DNA of 64,000 nucleotides from Minisyncoccota bacterium (GTDB lineage Bacteria; Patescibacteriota; Minisyncoccia; Phycocordibacterales; UBA9973). The notes under the pieces are model-generated. The model was not told the DNA's origin. It saw only the letters and a list, made by a program, of their open reading frames with translations, and searched no databases. A program made the position numbers and the translations under genes. This document shows positions 9,919 to 22,040 of this stretch, piece after piece. How positions within the stretch are numbered: the stretch's first letter is position 1; every line of letters starts with the position of its first letter. The DNA lies in the NCBI GenBank assembly GCA_041667145.1, contig JBAYFP010000002.1:14436-78435 (forward strand). Direction: 5' to 3'.

Positions 9919-10012
9919 AATATTAATAAAGCTAACTTATAATATTTCCGCCCGAACGACTATTCAGCCGGATAGTTAAAATAATACTAGATAATTATAG
10001 CATAAACACAAA

Positions 10013-11248
10013 TTAGTCAAAGTAGTTTTTCAACCTGGCTATTTTTTCGTGTTGACGAAGTTTTTCGTGCACTTTCGCCTCTATTTGACGAATACGTTCA
10101 CGAGTAACGCCAAACTCTTCCCCTACTCTTTCAAGGGTGTGTTGGATGCCATCTACAAGTCCATAACGCATTTCTAAAATTTTACATTCCTTGGGATTCA
10201 ACTCGTTCAAAACTTCACGAATCTGATCAGACAAAATACGTCTTGAAGATTCCTGGTCTGGACGTAATATCTTATCATCAGGAATAAAGTTTTCAAGAGT
10301 TGATTTATCATCATCATCCCCTACTGGTTGCTCTAAAGAAATAGTTTCTTGACTAATATTTTCAATAACATGTATCTTCTCAACAGGGATACCCATTTCT
10401 GTAGCTATCTCTTCTGCTAATGGTTCTCGGCCTAGATCCTGACTTAACTTTCTATATGTCTGCTTATATTTTGAAATGGTTTCCACCATATGCACTGGTA
10501 TACGTATAGTTCTACTTTGATCAGCGAGCGCACGAGTAATGGATTGACGTATCCACCAAGTAGCATAAGTAGAGAATTTATATCCTTTAGTCCAATCAAA
10601 TTTCTCAACTGCTTTAAACAAACCTAAATTCCCTTCTTGAATCAAATCCAAAAGACTTAAGTTCGCACTTCTTCCCACATATTTTTTCGCAATAGAAACA
10701 ACCAAACGTAAATTTGCTCTAGCCAATAAATTCTTTGCTTCCATATCTCCTAATTCAATGCGTTTCGCAAGGTCTTTTTCATCAATAGCATGGATTAAAG
10801 CATATTGTCCTATCTCCTTTAGATACATCTGGATAGAATCATGTATTGTAGATTTATTCAAATCCTTGTCGGTAGCATCATTGTCTAAATTAAGTAAGTT
10901 ACCTCCTTCTAATACATCTATGCCTATAACTGCAAATTTCTCATAAAGCTCATCTAAAAGAAAAATATTGTTCTCAATATCAGGAAAAGTCTTCAATATC
11001 TCGTCATAAGTAATAAATCCTCTTTTGCGTCCTTTTTCTATAAGTTCATTAGAAAGTTTATTAAAACCCTCTGCTTTTTTCTCTGACACTGTCAGTTTTT
11101 TATTGATTTTTATTTTTTCTGATTTATGCAGTTTTTTAACAGTCTTTTTTTTCTGAACTTTTTTCTTAGCTGTTATCTTTTTTACTTTTTTTACCTTAGC
11201 TTTTGCATTTTTTTTATTTATTTTTTTCATTTTTTTATTTTTTTTCAT
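10013..11248 (-). CDS. rpoD: RNA polymerase sigma-70 factor RpoD with a Lys-rich N-terminal extension
   Basis: Regions 1.2-4 are present ([32 protein letters not shown]; C-terminal region 4). The N-terminal ~55 aa are poly-Lys. It sits immediately downstream of dnaG. Confidence 0.9.
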   Translation of the reverse strand: MKKNKKMKKINKKNAKAKVKKVKKITAKKKVQKKKTVKKLHKSEKIKINKKLTVSEKKAEGFNKLSNELIEKGRKRGFITYDEILKTFPDIENNIFLLDELYEKFAVIGIDVLEGGNLLNLDNDATDKDLNKSTIHDSIQMYLKEIGQYALIHAIDEKDLAKRIELGDMEAKNLLARANLRLVVSIAKKYVGRSANLSLLDLIQEGNLGLFKAVEKFDWTKGYKFSTYATWWIRQSITRALADQSRTIRIPVHMVETISKYKQTYRKLSQDLGREPLAEEIATEMGIPVEKIHVIENISQETISLEQPVGDDDDKSTLENFIPDDKILRPDQESSRRILSDQIREVLNELNPKECKILEMRYGLVDGIQHTLERVGEEFGVTRERIRQIEAKVHEKLRQHEKIARLKNYFD

Positions 11249-11266
11249 ATAATTTTTAATCTATAA

Positions 11267-13009
11267 CTAAGGTTTGCGACTACGACTATTTTTAATTTCT
11301 TCCTTTCTTTTATCTATCTCATTTATTTTCTTTAAAATTTCTATCTCTCCCTTTTTTTCTTTTAAATTTTGAAGCTCCATTGTCTTTTTAAAACGTTCTT
11401 CATTCAAATATTCTTCCTCTATATTCAACAACATTTCATCTACATCTTTTTGTAAATTTTCTCTATTTGAATAAAACTCTTCTGCTTCATAGATTAAATC
11501 TTCTTTTATATTTTCAAAATCTTTTTTTATGTTTCCAAGCTTTTTAAAAATTATTTCTGGATCTATTGTTTTATCTTTTATTCCCTCCTGCCAAAAAGCT
11601 ATACCCATGAGTCTACGTTCTATAGGGTCTTTCCTTACTCTATTTTCAACATTTTCTTTAGCAATTTTTGTTTCTTCTGTTTCAGATTTCAACTCGATTT
11701 CTACCTTTTTTAAATCTTCCAGAAGTGCATTCTCTGGTATACCTGACTTATTGCTAATAAGCGTAATAAAGTGTGATTTTTCTATTGAACTTTCTAAAGA
11801 ACCTAAATATGGCAATACTTTTTCTCTTATTTCTCTTCCAGCTTTTCGTGCATCTTCCTTACAATTGATTAAAACTTTTTCTAAAAGAAATTCTATTATA
11901 TGCTTCGAATTACGTACAGCCCCTCGCCATGCATCTGCCCCACTCTTTGAAATCAAATCAGCTGGATCTATCCCCTCTGGCATAGAAACTACTTTTACAT
12001 CCATACCAAAAGAAAGAGCAATCTTCCCAGCACGCGAAGAGGCATTGAAACCCGCCTTGTCTGCATCAAAAGCAAGAACAATATTTGAAGACAAACGACG
12101 TAATAATCCTAGGTTTGAAACAACATTTTCTTTTGAAACTGTAGAATCTGAAAGAGCAGTACCTGAAGTCGCGACTGTATTTCTAAACCCTGCTTGATGA
12201 GACAAAACTAAATCTATTTGCCCTTCAACTAAAATAGAAAAATTATTTTTCCTTATTGAATCTTTCGCTTTATCTATACCATAAAGCACAGAAGACTTAT
12301 TAAATATTGGAGTTTCTGGACTGTTTAGATATTTAGCTGATTTTCCATCATCTTTAAAAATCCTCCCGGAAAAAGCTATCACCCTCCCACTCGAATCAGA
12401 AATTGGAAACATAATCCTACCTCGAAATCTATCATACATACCCTTGTCTGTCCCGCCTAGACTCGGCGAGGCTGGCTTTTTTGCAAGACCAGCTTTTTCT
12501 ATCTCTACATCATTAAAACCTATCTTTTGAAGATGCGAATATAACAAACGCCAATCATCTTTTATAAATCCAATCCTGAAATCTTTTATCGTCTTATCTT
12601 CTAACCCCCTAGATTTTAGATACTTTAATGCCTCCACATCATCTGCTAAACTTCTCTCAAAAAACTTAGCCGACTCTTCCATAGCTCTATACAACCTTTC
12701 TTTTTCTCCTTCTTTTTCTTTATTGAATGTAGTTAAGGAAACTCCTGCTCTCTCTGCTAAAATTTTTAATGCTCCTTTAAAATCAAGCCCCTCAAATTCT
12801 TCAACAAAAGTAAATATATCTCCCTTAGCTGCACAACCAAAACAATAATAGGTACCACGGTCGACCGACACAAAAAAGGACGGCGTTTTTTCGTTGTGAA
12901 ATGGGCATTTGGCTTTAAAATTTGCACCTGCCCTATCTAACTTTATGTAAGAAGAGAGTACTTCTTCGATTGAAAGTCTCTCCTTAATCTGTTCTACGGG
13001 AGAGTTCAT
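11267..13009 (-). CDS. dnaG: DNA primase DnaG
   Basis: Zinc-binding CPFHNEKTPSFFVSVDRGTYYCFGC, followed by a TOPRIM domain. The stop codon is TAG. Confidence 0.9.
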   Translation of the reverse strand: MNSPVEQIKERLSIEEVLSSYIKLDRAGANFKAKCPFHNEKTPSFFVSVDRGTYYCFGCAAKGDIFTFVEEFEGLDFKGALKILAERAGVSLTTFNKEKEGEKERLYRAMEESAKFFERSLADDVEALKYLKSRGLEDKTIKDFRIGFIKDDWRLLYSHLQKIGFNDVEIEKAGLAKKPASPSLGGTDKGMYDRFRGRIMFPISDSSGRVIAFSGRIFKDDGKSAKYLNSPETPIFNKSSVLYGIDKAKDSIRKNNFSILVEGQIDLVLSHQAGFRNTVATSGTALSDSTVSKENVVSNLGLLRRLSSNIVLAFDADKAGFNASSRAGKIALSFGMDVKVVSMPEGIDPADLISKSGADAWRGAVRNSKHIIEFLLEKVLINCKEDARKAGREIREKVLPYLGSLESSIEKSHFITLISNKSGIPENALLEDLKKVEIELKSETEETKIAKENVENRVRKDPIERRLMGIAFWQEGIKDKTIDPEIIFKKLGNIKKDFENIKEDLIYEAEEFYSNRENLQKDVDEMLLNIEEEYLNEERFKKTMELQNLKEKKGEIEILKKINEIDKRKEEIKNSRSRKP

Positions 13010-13015
13010 ACCTTT

Positions 13016-16000
13016 TTATTCTTCTTCAGGCACTTTTACCCTACTTTTAAATCCAGTTCCTGCTGGAATTAATCGCCCAATAATAACATTTTCTTTTAAT
13101 CCTCTCAACGAATCTATCCCACCCTTAACTGCATTTTCAATAAGGACACGATTTGTATTCTGAAATGATGCCGCAGAAAGCCAACTTTTTGTACGTAGAG
13201 ATACTTCAGTAATACCGAGTACTATTGTTTCAGCTTTTGCTTCTGTCTGATTAATTTTTTCTACTCTATTATTTTCTTCAATAAATGCAGTGTTCTCAAC
13301 TATATCTCCAACAGAGAAATTAGTCTCACCAGCATCTTTTATTTTTCTTCGTGAAAACATTTGACGAATAATTATTTCAGTATGTTTTCTAGAAATAGAA
13401 GCACTCTGAAGTTCATAAACTTTGTTTATTTCTCGAATAATATATTCCTCAACCATTTCTTTAGTTCCAAACTTAAATATCTCAGCGATATCTGCTGATC
13501 CATCAGTAAGAAGTTCACCTTTTTTCACTTTTTGACCAACTTTTACTATTGGTAATCTGCGGAATGGTACAAGATATTCTATTTCGTTTGGCTTACCATC
13601 AATTTTACTATCAGAAAGAATCTTAATTATTTTTTCTCCGCCTTGGCTAGACGAAGCAGGTTTCCCATCTTTATCTTTTATCTCAAAAACCTCTCCATCA
13701 GTTTCAGAAATTATTGCTGGATTTTTAGGGATACGTCTTTCAAAAATTTCTTCAATACGAGGCAACCCCGTAGTAATATCTGTTCCAGCGACACCTCCAG
13801 CATGAAAAGTTCGAAGTGTAAGCTGTGTACCTGGCTCCCCGATAGCTTGTGCGGCAATAATACCTACTGCCTCCCCTAGATCGACAAGATGATTTCGTCC
13901 TAAGTCTAATCCATAACACATCTGACAAAGACCATGGGTAGTGTGACATGTCAAAGGAGAACGAACATAAACCTCTTCGAAACCCATACCTTCAATATTG
14001 TACGCTTCTTCTTTTGTGACTAAAAATCCCTTTTTATAAATAATCTTTCCATCTCTATCTTTAAGATCAGCAGCGAGAACTCTTCCACGAATATTTTTTG
14101 AAAGTGGGATTTCAATACCAGAAATATTTTCTTTCCTTACCATTTTCCCATCTTTTGTGCCACAATCCTCCTCGGTAACAACAACATCCTGTGCAACGTC
14201 GACTAATCTACGAGTCAAATATCCCGCTTTAGCAGTATTGAGTGCAGTATCTGAAGCACCTTTACGAGCACCATGAGTAGTAACGAAATATTCGATAGGA
14301 GAAAGCCCCTCATGGTAAGAAGGTATAATAGGAAATTCCAACGTCTTACCTTGGTTATTTTGGATAAGTCCTTTCATCCCCATCATTTGAATTAAAGAAG
14401 TCACTGTACCTCTTGCTCCTGAAGTAACCAGGTCATAAGTAGGGCCGTTTTTATCAAGTGCCTTAAGAAGAACTTTTTCTAATTCTTTTTTAGCATGTGT
14501 CCAGATTTCAATAATCTTTTGATACCTTTCTTCTTCCGAGAGAAGACCTTCATTCCATTCTAATATTACTTTCTCTTCCAATTTTCTACCTTCTGATATA
14601 ATTTTTTCTTTTTCAATTGGAACTTTTATATTATCAAAACCCCAGGTCGTACCAGAAACTGTTGAATATTGAAAACCAAAACTTTTTATTTTATCCAAGA
14701 TAGGTGGAGTCTCGTCTACACCATAGTGCATAATAAGTTCATCTACAAGAGAAGATATTCTCTTTTGAGTCATCTCATCACTTATGTATGAAAAATCACT
14801 TGGCAAGATACTGTTAAAAAGAAGTTTCCCAACAGAGGTATCAAAAAAACCTCCATCAAATTTTCTATATTTATGTTTATCTGTCGCTAAAACTTTTATT
14901 TTTGCACGAAGAGATACGATACCATATTCGTAAGCAGTTATGGCGACATTCGGACTCGAAAAATATTTACCTTCTCCTATTTCACCGTCAACAAGTTTCG
15001 TCATCCAATAAGATCCAAGCACAATGTCTTTACTGGGATGCACGATAGGATCACCGTTTTGAGGTTTCAATAAATTTTTATTTGCAGCCATCAATTCTTT
15101 TGCTTCAGCTTGAGCCTCTTCAAGAAGAGGAACATAAACAGCCATTTGGTCTCCATCGAAGTCAGCATTAAAAGCCTGACAAACTAATGGATGTACTTGA
15201 ATAGCATTTCCCTCAATAAGAATAGGATTGAAAGCTTGAATACCTAAACGGTGAAGAGTAGGTGCGCGGTTCAAAAGAACATATTTACCTTGAATCACTT
15301 CTTCAAGCATTGCCCAAACTTCTGGGGTACGTTCTTCTATGAGTTTATTTGCTCCACGAATATTAAATGCTAGCTCTGCTTGTAAAATTTTAGAAATAAC
15401 AAATGGTCTAAAAAGTTCGAGAGCCATGTGTTTTGGCAAACCACATTGATTGAGTTTAAGTTCTGGACCAACCACAATAACACTACGGCCCGAGTAGTCA
15501 ACACGTTTACCAAGTAAATTTTGACGGAACAACCCTTGCTTTGATTTTAAGTTGTCAGATAAAGATTTAAGAGGACGCTTTTGGGATTGACTCATTGCTG
15601 CACTATCATTTTGTTTTGCAATAGAGTTATCAATAAGAGCATCCACTGCCTCCTGAATAATTCTTTTTTCATTTCGCAAAATTACATCTGGAGCATTTAT
15701 CTCTTTTAACTTTTTTAAACGATTATTTCTGTTTATAACTCGACGATAAAGATCATTCAAATCACTCGTTGCATGACGACCTCCATCTAGGGCTACCATT
15801 GGGCGCAAAACTGGAGGAATAACTGGAATAACTGTCAAAAACATCCACTAAGGCCTTATTCCTGCATAAGTCATAGCTCTGATAAGTGAAAGTCTTTTTT
15901 GTAATTTCTCTTTTTCAATCACACTTGCTTTTTCAATCATTTTCTCAGTGTGAATTTTTAATTTATTTAAATCAAGATTCTTAAAAATAGAATATATAGC

Positions 16001-16648
16001 CTCAGCTCCTATATTGGCCTCAAAACAAGTACCGTATTTCAAAGAATAATGATGAAAAGAAATTTCATTTAATACTTTTCCTTCATAGATTTCTAAGATT
16101 TCTTTTTTAGTACTAGAAAATAAATTCTTTAATTTTTCACGAGTCTCATCATCAGCTGAATTCTTCAATTTAGCTTTATATTCTTTTTCCAAATTCTGAA
16201 CTATTATCTCTTTTTCATTTTCATGAACCTTTGTGATTATGTATCCAGCAAAATATATTACCTTTTCAAGGTCAGATACAGAAATATTAAGAAGAATACT
16301 CATTCTAGATGGCACTCCACGTAAAAACCAAATATGAGCGACGGGTGTAGAGAGCTCAATGTGCCCCATTCTTTCTCGTCTCACGATAGAACGTGTCACT
16401 TCTACTCCACATTTTTCACAGATAATATCTTTATAACGAATACGACGATATTTTCCACAATAACATTCATAATCTTTTTCTGGCCCGAATATTTTCTCAT
16501 CAAAAAGGCCACCACGTTCAGATCTACCAGTACGGTAATTTATCGTTTCGGGTTTAGTCACTTCTCCATAAGACCAATCTTTTATTTGCTCGGGAGATGC
16601 GAGCTTGAGTGAAATATAATCAAAATCAGTTTTATTTAATGTTTTCAT
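13016..16648 (-). CDS. rpoC: RNA polymerase beta' subunit, interrupted by a single in-frame TAG (plus 15848-15850); predicted as two ORFs (16648-15848 and 15844-13016)
   Basis: Minus-strand translation across the junction reads ...[25 protein letters not shown]. coli has ...[21 protein letters not shown] at this point, so the stop replaces a conserved Glu (GAG to TAG) and both halves stay in the same frame. The total is ~1210 aa. Confidence 0.85.
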
Positions 16649-19600
16649 ATTTTTTCAAGTTAACATCAAGCGCAAGTCCTCGTAAATAATTTAACAAAAC
16701 ATTGAATGAGGCAGGAGAATTTGGTGGTCTGATACTTTCATTTTTAATAATAGAATCAAAAGTCTGAGAACGACCTAAAATGTCATCAGACTTAATAGTG
16801 AGCATCTCTCGTAATGTATACGCTGCACCATACCCCTCGAGTGCCCAGACTTCCATTTCTCCAAATCTTTGTCCTCCACCCTGAGCTTTTCCTCCCAATG
16901 GTTGCTGAGTAATAAGAGAATAAGGTCCAATAGAACGCATGTGTATTTTGTCTTCTACCATATGGTGAAGTTTCAACATATACATATATCCTACTGCGAT
17001 ATCTTTATCAAAAGCTTCTCCAGTACGTCCATCAAAAAGCTTCATTTTACCATTCTCTGGAAATCCTGCTTTTTTTAATTCTCCTTGTATCTCCTCATGA
17101 CTTGCTCCCAAAAATGGAGGAACGATGGCTTGGTATCCGAGAGTATTAGCTGCCATACCAAGATGCATTTCTAAAATTTGTCCCAAGTTCATACGAGAAG
17201 GAACACCGAGTGGAGAAAGTATAATATCAACTGGCGTACCATCTGCCGTATAAGGCATATCTTCTTCTGGAAGAATTTTTGAAATAACTCCTTTATTCCC
17301 ATGTCTTCCCGAAAGCTTATCTCCCACTGATATATTTCTAATTTGAGCAACTTCTATTACAATCTTCTTTATTATTCCTGCTTCAAGAGTATGGCCTAAA
17401 TCACGAGAGAAAATCTTGACACCGATGATACGTCCACGTTTACCATGTTCCATGCGAAGTGACGTATCTTTTACATCACGTGCTTTTTCAGCAAAGATCG
17501 AACGCAAAAGTCTTTCTTCTGGAGTAAGTTCAGTCTCTCCTTTAGGTGTAATTTTACCAATCAAAATATCATTCTCTCTTACCTCAGCTCCAATACGAAT
17601 AATGCCATCTTCATCTAGATCTTTAAGTTTTAATTCTCCAACATTTGGAATATCGCGAGTAGTGATTTCGGGTCCAAGTTTTGTATCACGGACAGTACAA
17701 ACGAATTCTTCTACATAAACACTTGTAAATTTACTCTTTTTTATAAGACGTTCAGAAATAATTATCGCATCTTCATAGTTTGACCCAGACCAAGACAAAA
17801 ATGCTATAAAAACATTTTGCCCAATTGAGATTTGTCCATCTACAGTACTCGTCGTGTCAGCTAATATATCCCCTTTCTTTATCTTTTGTCCGACATCTAC
17901 CGATGGACGTTGATGAAATGCAGAAAAATTATTATTTCTCAAAAAATTAACAAGGGAATAAGTTTTTTCATTTTTACCTTTAACTACTATTTTTCTTGCA
18001 TCTAAATATGAAACAATGCCATCTTCTTCTGCTATAACCATTCTCCCAGAATAACGAGAAGCCAAAGCTTCTATCCCTGTCGCTACAAGGGGTGCTTCAG
18101 GAACGATACAAGGAACAGCTTGTTTCTGCATGTTACTTCCCATGAGCGCACGGTTAGCATCGTTGTGTTCTAAGAATGGGATCATAGAAGTTGCAATAGA
18201 AAAACCTTGATTTGCAGCAACATCAATAAAATCAACCTCTTCGCGACTAATCATGCCCGGATTGGTTTTTACTCTAGCCGCTACTTTTTCATCTGCTATT
18301 TTTCCATCTTCATTGTAAGAAATACCAGCGTGTGCGATATTATATTTTTCTTCTTCAAGTGCATTTAAATACTGCATCTCTCCAGTTATTTTTCCATTTT
18401 TTACTTTTATGTATGGGGTTTCAATAATTCCAAAGTCATTTATCTTTGCATAGGTAGAAAGTTGTAAAATAAGTCCAATGTTCGGACCTTCAGGAGTATG
18501 TATAGGACAAACTCTCCCATAGTGAGAAGGATGCACATCTCGAACTTCGAGTCCTGCACGCTCACGAGTGAGACCTCCAGGTCCAAGAGCAGAAAGTAAA
18601 CGAATGTGTTCTATTTCTGCCAACACATTTTCTTGCGACATAAACTGTGAAAGCTGGTTGGTTGTAAAAAATTCTTTTATACGGGCTTGAAGTGGACGTT
18701 GATTAATGATATGTATCGGCATGGCAGTGTCAACATCAATAATAGACATTCTATCTTGAATGTTCCTCTTTATTTGCATCATACCTGTACGTACTTTTTG
18801 CTGGAGCATCTCTCCGACAAAACGTACACGTCGCTGTCCTAAGTGATCTATATCATCTGATTTAGCATTTGGAGTGTTGTTCAAAACAATGATATTTTCA
18901 ACTACGGTCATCAAATCTTCCTTAGAAATAGTCCTGCGAGCAAGCTCTTCTTCCTCTAAGGATTTCTCAAAGCGTTTATTGAATCTATATCGCCCAACAG
19001 GAGAAAGGTCATATCTTTCAGGGGTAAATAGAGAATTAATAAACTCTTTTGCGTTTTCAGCTGTGGCCATATCTCCATCTCGTAAACGTTTATATATCTC
19101 AATATATGCATCATTTAAAGTTTTAGCTACGTCCTTTGCTAGACATGCCTCTACCGCTTCTTTACAGCCAGGAGTCTTTTCAAATGCTTTCAGCATCTTT
19201 TCATTTGTGTCATAACCCATAACACGAAGCAATGCTGTCGCAGGGAATTTTCTTTTTTTGTCTATTCTTATATAAATCGCTCCATCAGACTCAGATTCTA
19301 TCTCAATCCAAACTCCACGAGCTGGAATAATTTTTGCACCAAAATATCTTTTACCTTTACTTTCAGACTCAGTAAAAAAAACTCCGAAACTCCTTGCAAG
19401 CTGAGGCACAATGATTCGCTCTACTCCATTTATAATAAATGTGCCATGTGGAGTCATCAGAGGAAGCTCAGACATAAAAATCTCCTGCTCTTTGACAGTT
19501 CCTAAAATTTTATTAGTTAATTTTACTCGAGCCTTGAGAAGTCCTTGATATGAGAGTTTGTTTATCTTCGCATCATTCTCTCCACAGTTAGCTTCACTCA

Positions 19601-19823
19601 AAGAAAAAGAAGTAAATTCAAGTTCAAACTTTTTTCCAGAATAATCTATAATCGGAGAAAATTCTTTAAAAACTTCTTTGATTCCCTCTTCAACGAGCCA
19701 CTTGTAAGACTTTGTCTGAGCCTCAATCAAATTTGGAAATTCGATCAAAGGATCTTTATGTCTTGCAAAATATTTCTTCGGACGTTTTTCTGTTAACATA
19801 ATGAGTTTTTCTAAACAAAACAA
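16632..19823 (-). CDS. rpoB: RNA polymerase beta subunit
   Basis: 1063-aa ORF with rpoB hallmark segments (e.g. [20 protein letters not shown]). The TAA stop overlaps the rpoC start by 17 nt. Confidence 0.95.
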   Translation of the reverse strand: MFCLEKLIMLTEKRPKKYFARHKDPLIEFPNLIEAQTKSYKWLVEEGIKEVFKEFSPIIDYSGKKFELEFTSFSLSEANCGENDAKINKLSYQGLLKARVKLTNKILGTVKEQEIFMSELPLMTPHGTFIINGVERIIVPQLARSFGVFFTESESKGKRYFGAKIIPARGVWIEIESESDGAIYIRIDKKRKFPATALLRVMGYDTNEKMLKAFEKTPGCKEAVEACLAKDVAKTLNDAYIEIYKRLRDGDMATAENAKEFINSLFTPERYDLSPVGRYRFNKRFEKSLEEEELARRTISKEDLMTVVENIIVLNNTPNAKSDDIDHLGQRRVRFVGEMLQQKVRTGMMQIKRNIQDRMSIIDVDTAMPIHIINQRPLQARIKEFFTTNQLSQFMSQENVLAEIEHIRLLSALGPGGLTRERAGLEVRDVHPSHYGRVCPIHTPEGPNIGLILQLSTYAKINDFGIIETPYIKVKNGKITGEMQYLNALEEEKYNIAHAGISYNEDGKIADEKVAARVKTNPGMISREEVDFIDVAANQGFSIATSMIPFLEHNDANRALMGSNMQKQAVPCIVPEAPLVATGIEALASRYSGRMVIAEEDGIVSYLDARKIVVKGKNEKTYSLVNFLRNNNFSAFHQRPSVDVGQKIKKGDILADTTSTVDGQISIGQNVFIAFLSWSGSNYEDAIIISERLIKKSKFTSVYVEEFVCTVRDTKLGPEITTRDIPNVGELKLKDLDEDGIIRIGAEVRENDILIGKITPKGETELTPEERLLRSIFAEKARDVKDTSLRMEHGKRGRIIGVKIFSRDLGHTLEAGIIKKIVIEVAQIRNISVGDKLSGRHGNKGVISKILPEEDMPYTADGTPVDIILSPLGVPSRMNLGQILEMHLGMAANTLGYQAIVPPFLGASHEEIQGELKKAGFPENGKMKLFDGRTGEAFDKDIAVGYMYMLKLHHMVEDKIHMRSIGPYSLITQQPLGGKAQGGGQRFGEMEVWALEGYGAAYTLREMLTIKSDDILGRSQTFDSIIKNESIRPPNSPASFNVLLNYLRGLALDVNLKKYENIK

Positions 19824-20076
19824 AAAGAGAACTACTCTTTAAGCTTCTTTTTAAAATTATTTAGATATTTATGATTAAGCTCTATTAATACAAACGAGAG
19901 AGTACATCCGAAACTCAATCAATCTCTTACTACCAGTATACTTATATTAAAACTTTTGTCAAATTCAAAACAATAATCCACAAAATTTTTATTTTTACAC
20001 AAAAACAAAAGGCCTTCTCTCTATAAAAAATTACAGAAAAGGCCAAACAACACAACATTAGAAACATATTATCTTC

Positions 20077-20271
20077 TTATCTTCCCTTTCTATACCCTTC
20101 TTCTCTTTCAATAGACTTGAGTCTATCGAGATGAATTTCGTCGGAAGTTAACTTCCGCGAATCTCCTGAACTGGAAGACCCCGAAGATCTTCTTCCCTCA
20201 TTTTCTGCTGCTCTTTTTGAGAATTCAACAGAAACAACAGGGGAGTTATCATATCCTAATATCCCTGACAT
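20077..20271 (-). CDS. hypothetical small protein (Ser/Arg-rich)
   Basis: 64-aa ORF between rpoB and the transposase, with no recognisable similarity. Confidence 0.25.
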   Translation of the reverse strand: MSGILGYDNSPVVSVEFSKRAAENEGRRSSGSSSSGDSRKLTSDEIHLDRLKSIEREEGYRKGR

Positions 20272-20419
20272 AAAAATGCCCTTTATATTATATTTAAAAA
20301 ATTAATTTTAATTGCGAGAACTATTACAACCTATATTGTATATAATACAATTGACTCTGTCAACTTTTTTCTGTCCTTTTATATCAACAAAATAAAGTCC
20401 ATCTGGGTTTGTTCACCTC

Positions 20420-20435
20420 TAGGCCTTGCCTAGCT
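20420..20435. repeat. REP-like GC-rich hairpin, left copy flanking the transposase (taggccttgcctagct)
   Basis: Exact reverse complement of the right copy at 21123-21138. Its internal stem is ctagg/cctag. It contains the transposase stop codon. Confidence 0.8.
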
Positions 20436-21096
20436 AAATTTCATTCTTATAGTTTAACCATTCAAAAATCTCACTTAAAAAATCTCTCCCTGTTGGGAAA
20501 TATTTCGGAAATGATTTTGTATTTAATATTTTATTTTGTATTCTTTGTATCCCTATATAATCTAAATAACTCGAGTAAAGATAATCATATAAATATCTTT
20601 CAGATTCTTTTCTGTTTTTAATCCCCTTTTCCTTCCAATCCTTTTGTATAAGTTTCATTGGATTCAAATGAATATAAGAAAACATATATTTAAGATATTT
20701 ATCTTTGTCTATATGCTGTGATTTAAATTTGCCTTCAAATAAGCTACCCGTTCTTTTATATTTTTTATTAAAATACATCGAATAAGAAGTACTCAATTTC
20801 TGCATAAAATTACTTATATTATTGTCTCCCGATTGTGTTATTAATAAATGAAAGTGATTAGACATTAAACAATACGCACCAATATAAACAATCGGTTCTT
20901 CTTGTTCAATCTCATATAAAGTTTGACCCTTATTTAAATTACTAACTTTCAAACTACCCGTTTGGTTACAAGCATATAAAAGACTTATAAAACGCAAATA
21001 GTCCTCTTCGTCAAGAAAGATTTTCTGCTTACTATTTCCTCTATTGTAAATGTGATAATACTCACCTGAGACTAAACTTACTTTTCGTATAGACAT
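20434..21096 (-). mobile_element. IS200-like / REP-associated tyrosine transposase (RAYT, COG1943-type HUH Y1 transposase)
   Basis: YHIYNRGNSKQKIF..DYLRF..LL, the AYCLMSNHFHLL HUH motif, and LSTSYSMYFNKKYKRTGSLFEGKFKSQHIDKDKYLKYMFSYIHLNP. The gene is flanked by perfectly inverted 16-nt GC-rich repeats. Confidence 0.8.
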
Positions 21097-21122
21097 AAAT
21101 ATATAATACCAAAATACTATTC

Positions 21123-21140
21123 AGCTAGGCAAGGCCTAGA
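21123..21140. repeat. REP-like GC-rich hairpin, right copy (agctaggcaaggcctaga)
   Basis: Inverted copy of 20420-20435. It overlaps the 3' end of the patatin-like gene. Confidence 0.8.
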
Positions 21141-22009
21141 CGGAGGTTTCACATCTTTTAAAAAAATCTTCGAGCTCTGTATGATTAATCGTATCTTCAT
21201 ATCCTTGATTTATTGTTTTTTTAAGCAAGTTTACTTTTAAACCTATTCTACCAATCGGTAATTCTTTCTTAGGTTGTATAATTACAACATTATTTCGTTT
21301 TTTATATTCAAGTATCTCTTTTCTATCTTTCTCATAATTTTTAGGCATATCCCAAATTGCTTTTTTAACAAGTTCAGACTCATTTCTTATCCATAGAAAT
21401 TCAAGTATCTTCCTTAAAAAGATATATTTAGGAAGCTCTTTTGCTGGTCTCGTTAATATCACTAGTAAATTTTTAGGTTTTAATTCTAATGTTTTTCTGA
21501 CACCAAAATTTTCTGTTACTGTCCCATCAACATACTCAATTATTTAATTTAACTCTTTTACCAAAAAAATACGGCACAGCACAAGCCGCTCTGATAATTT
21601 CATAAGGATCTTCCGATTCGTGGTTTGTAAAATAAATTCCCTTACAATCAGAATACCTTAAAAGAGGTATATAAAGTTCAGTTTTTGAAGATTTTAGAGA
21701 ATTTATATCAAGCGGAAATTTCTTTTTGAGGACTGTGTCAACTAAAAAATCTATGTCCATTATTGGACCTCTTAGAAAAAAATTTCTTATTTTTATAAAT
21801 TCCCCTGATTTTACCAACTCAATCCATATTTTTTCAATATAATCATATTGTTTCGTTATGAAATAGGCAAAAGTACTCCCTGCCCCAGAAGATCCAACAA
21901 TCAAATCTACTTCATCTAAAGAATATTTTTCTCTCAGTCCCTTTATAACTCCCACACTATAAGCTGATTTTAAACCACCGCCTTGGGCAGTTATACAAAT
22001 ATTTTTCAT
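21136..22009 (-). pseudogene. patatin-like phospholipase, disrupted by a frameshift around 21536-21546 (two ORFs: 22009-21536 and 21462-21136)
   Basis: The N-terminal ORF has GGGLKSAYSVGVIKGLREKY (the GGGxK/R oxyanion motif) and IVGSSGAGS (a degenerate GxSxG). The downstream ORF, extended upstream in another frame, begins IEYVDGTVTENFGV, which is the patatin Asp (DG) motif. The combined ~290 aa matches patatin length. Confidence 0.6.
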
Positions 22010-22040
22010 TATTATTTTATAATATTATATTTTTATGCTT

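Noticed and set aside
10431-10445. 8-nt match to the REP core (ggcctaga) inside rpoD
   Set aside because: It is too short to distinguish from chance and not palindromic in context.
15848-15850. Global reassignment of TAG to a sense codon to explain the rpoC interruption
   Set aside because: TAG terminates dnaG (with a second TAG two codons later), the transposase and the rpoC N-terminal fragment at sensible positions. Only this one TAG is internal to a conserved protein.
13643-19215. Multiple 60-120-aa antisense ORFs inside rpoB and rpoC (e.g. 13643-13879, 16334-16612, 16869-17078, 17416-17718, 18874-19215)
   Set aside because: They lie opposite strongly supported conserved genes and have low-complexity Ser/Phe-rich translations typical of antisense frames in AT-rich DNA.
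21536-21546. Alternative genetic code with TGA read as Gly (code 25, as in Gracilibacteria/SR1), which would remove the patatin 'stop'
   Set aside because: Reading through TGA in that frame gives non-homologous sequence with another TGA 3 codons later. The +1/-1 frame gives a perfect patatin DG motif. All large conserved genes are full length under code 11, and proS ends at TGA.
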